DNA of 38,343 nucleotides from Octopus bimaculoides (Eukaryota): NCBI RefSeq assembly GCF_001194135.2, contig NC_069005.1, positions 11,759,299 to 11,797,641 of the forward strand, read 5' to 3'. Shown piece by piece: positions 36,014 to 38,343 of this stretch (position 1 is its first letter; each line of letters starts with the position of its first letter). The notes under the pieces were generated by a model. It saw only the letters and a program-made list of their open reading frames with translations, ran no database searches and was not told where the DNA came from. The position numbers and the translations under genes were made by a program.

Positions 36014-36381
36014 TTAACAGCAAAATACTTCATCAGAATCACATCCGCCGCTAACACGTCTACGGTCTCATCTGGAACGTCTCTGGTCATAGCAAGAATG
36101 TCTGCGGATACAACTGGACCACCTCTGGTCATTCTTGTAACACTTGCGGTCACGGCTGGGACATTTGTGCTTACAGCTATATCATCTGTTGTCATAACCA
36201 CGACATTTATAGTGACAGCTTTGATTTTGAGATTGGTGCTTGGATGTTGAGTGTCTTCCACGATAAATTAACATCCAAGTACCAAAGCTTATAATTTGTG
36301 GAAAGAGACCCTGTGTGACCTCTGACAACAGGTTGCTGTCCGCTCTCATAGAATCAACCAGAGCAAGTAAGACCGAGAGCT
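36014..36381 (-). pseudogene. Terminal exon of a putative secreted cationic Cys-rich peptide with a beta-defensin-like C-terminus; two in-frame TGA codons (pseudogene or recoded CDS)
   Basis: Acceptor TTTATTTCTCAG|AG; translation LSVLLALVDSMRADSNLLSEVTQGLFPQIISFGTWMLIYRGRHSTSKHQSQNQSCHYKCRGYDNR*YSCKHKCPSRDRKCYKNDQRWSSCIRRHSCYDQRRSR*DRRRVSGGCDSDEVFCC-TAA. 10 Cys, no frameshift; AATAAA at 35887-35882. Confidence 0.55.
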
Positions 36382-36859
36382 CTGAGAAATAAACAACAAC
36401 AACAGCGATGACGATGACGATGACGCCCTGTGTGGAAACGTGGTGTTGTGAAGTTCAGACTTTTCTCTACGATATTGAAGTCGTAAAATCAAGCAAAATG
36501 GATTCAAGTAGGAATTAAAACCTCTTTATTCTGCGCAAAAGGAAAACGAGTTAATTATCTCTTTCACATTAATCAAAATAAATGTGTGTGGGAGGGGTCG
36601 GTGGTGGAAAGAGTTAATTAAGATGTAAAACGTTTGCTTCGTTCAGCTTTAGATAACACTACAATGGAATAATCTAATGAGCAATGTTATGTTAATATTA
36701 AAAAACAAAACTACAAACAAGGCAAATGATATATGTTTAATTATTCAAACAATTAATATCGATGAGTTTCCAAAGATCAGAAATGTTATAAGGTAATTAG
36801 GAAGAAAAGTTTAATTTCCTTGATTATGATGATTATTATCGTTGATTGAGTGTTACGTC

Positions 36860-37485
36860 TGTTGGTGGATGTAATGAAGAGGAGAGCAGAAAGAATTGCA
36901 TGGTGGGAAAAAAACGAAAGAAAAATGAAACTGAGAAGAAATGCAAGAAGATGGAAGAGGAGGAGAAGGAGGAGAAGAAGGTGAACATGATGAAAAAGGA
37001 GGAGAAAAAGGAAAAAGAGAAGATGAAAAAGGAGATGGACGAGAAGATGATGATGATGATAATGATGATGATGATGGTGAAGGAGAAGGAAGAGAAGAAG
37101 GAGGGGATGAAGAATGAAAGGAAGAAGAGGAGAAGGACAAACATATATGAAGGAGGAGGAGGGGAAAAGAAGAAAGACCAGGAGGATGAAGAGAAGGCGG
37201 ATAAGAAGATGAGGAAGCTGAAGAAGGAGGAGGAGGAAGAGAGGAAGAATAAGAATAGGTTGAAGAAGAAGAAGAAGACGAAGAAGAAGAAGAAGAAGAA
37301 GAAGAAAAAGAAGAAGAAGAAGAAGAAGAAGAAGAAGAAGAAGAAGGAGGAGGAGGAAGGGGAGGGAAAAGAACGGTAGGAAGAAGAAGATAATGATGTA
37401 GATGATGATGATGATGAAGAAGAAGAAGAAGAAGAAGAAGAAGAAGAAGAAGAAGAAGAAGAAGAAGAAGAAGAAGAAAAAGAAA
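36860..37485. repeat. Polypurine (GAA)n/(GAG)n/(GAT)n low-complexity tract
   Basis: Direct; it explains the K/E- and L/F-rich ORFs at 36786-37496. Confidence 0.95.
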
Positions 37486-38343
37486 GTACCAGTCAAGTGG
37501 TTACTTCAATGTAATCGACTTGCTCCCTCCTCTGAGAATCCCCGATTTTGAACCCTGCAACGGACAGGCGTCTCATTCAAGAGGAATATTGTGATTTCCG
37601 TCGTTTACATACCATGGAAATCGAGTCACCGGCAATAGGAGACCAAGAGTTGTGGAAAAATAGTAGTATAGTAACCCTTTTCATTTCAGGGTCTCCGAGA
37701 CTTGTGTGGCTGAGCAAATTATCCTGGAATCGGACACATGAATCGAATGCTTCCCATAGAGTGAACTGTGCTAAATACAACAAAGAACCAAGTGGAGATG
37801 TTAAAAACCGGCCGACAGAATAACTCTCACCACAAAACTAAATAACCCAAGACGTATGCCTAGCGTACAATCGAACCAACTACATTTTCGTCTATATCAT
37901 AATAACAATGACGGTTTTTACCATTTTATTGATAATAAATAATTCCTAATTTTGACACAATTGACAAGACTTCAAATCATAGTTTATAAGATCTCATCAC
38001 TTCGCGTTAGGTTACTAATGCGCTTGTAAAAACACTACGATCATAAAATCACACTTGCTGTCCTCTATGACAGATGACTCGTGTGCATAATAAAAGCAGC
38101 AACACTGACAACAACAGCAACAACCATGTTGTTCGTCGTTATTATGTTAAAGAAGGCAGATAATGTATTCTTCAGTGCCGAGAGAAATATAATTATTCAT
38201 CATATAATATATTGTCAAGGTATCAGTCTACGGATTTATATTTTGGTAGTTCAGTCGTAGTGCATAATTTACCTGCTATGTTCCTCAATTCAAATGTATC
38301 TATATATAATAAATATAATGTGTGTATATATATATATATATAT

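Noticed and set aside
35860-36014. SECIS element downstream of the Cys-rich exon
   Set aside because: No AUGA/GUGA...AA...GA core is visible between the stop and the polyA signal, so it is not called.
35935-36261. Listed 108-aa V/T/D-rich ORF
   Set aside because: Its composition is what a one-base shift of the Cys/Arg-rich frame produces, and it has no recognisable motif. It is treated as a shadow frame, although it is open and cannot be fully excluded.
36786-37496. Long K/E-rich and L/F-rich ORFs
   Set aside because: They are translations of (GAA)n/(GAT)n microsatellites.

Overview
AT-rich eukaryotic DNA saturated with microsatellites, with ten N-gaps, each flanked by simple repeats. The SINE families are the ones I recall from Octopus genomes, so this is probably an octopus scaffold (inference, not a database result). 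There is no intact conserved protein-coding gene, and most ORFs in the track are microsatellite or gap artefacts. Recognisable content: (i) many tRNA-derived SINE copies from at least three families; (ii) a near full-length decayed SPIN/GTF2IRD2-like hAT transposase at about 15.5-18.2 kb with one TIR; (iii) a Buster/ZBED-type hAT 3' half fused back-to-back with a mariner lacking its 5' end (23.7-25.85 kb); (iv) a Tc1/mariner 3' end joined to a Penelope RT-thumb fragment (31.3-32.2 kb); (v) a Penelope GIY-YIG fragment followed by a pseudo-LTR-like promoter (12.3-13.5 kb); (vi) three hammerhead-ribozyme-like motifs, one complete but with a variant core; (vii) a TTAA-flanked MITE and an RTE-type head. 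The strongest lead is not in the ORF track. It is a minus-strand unique-sequence exon (36381-36014) encoding a hydrophobic segment followed by a cationic Cys-rich region ending in GxC-x6-CC (beta-defensin-like). A polyA signal follows it, and it is interrupted only by two in-frame TGA codons at positions aligning to Trp and Cys. It may be a pseudogene or a recoded peptide gene. Repeat coordinates are read by eye and approximate unless stated otherwise.
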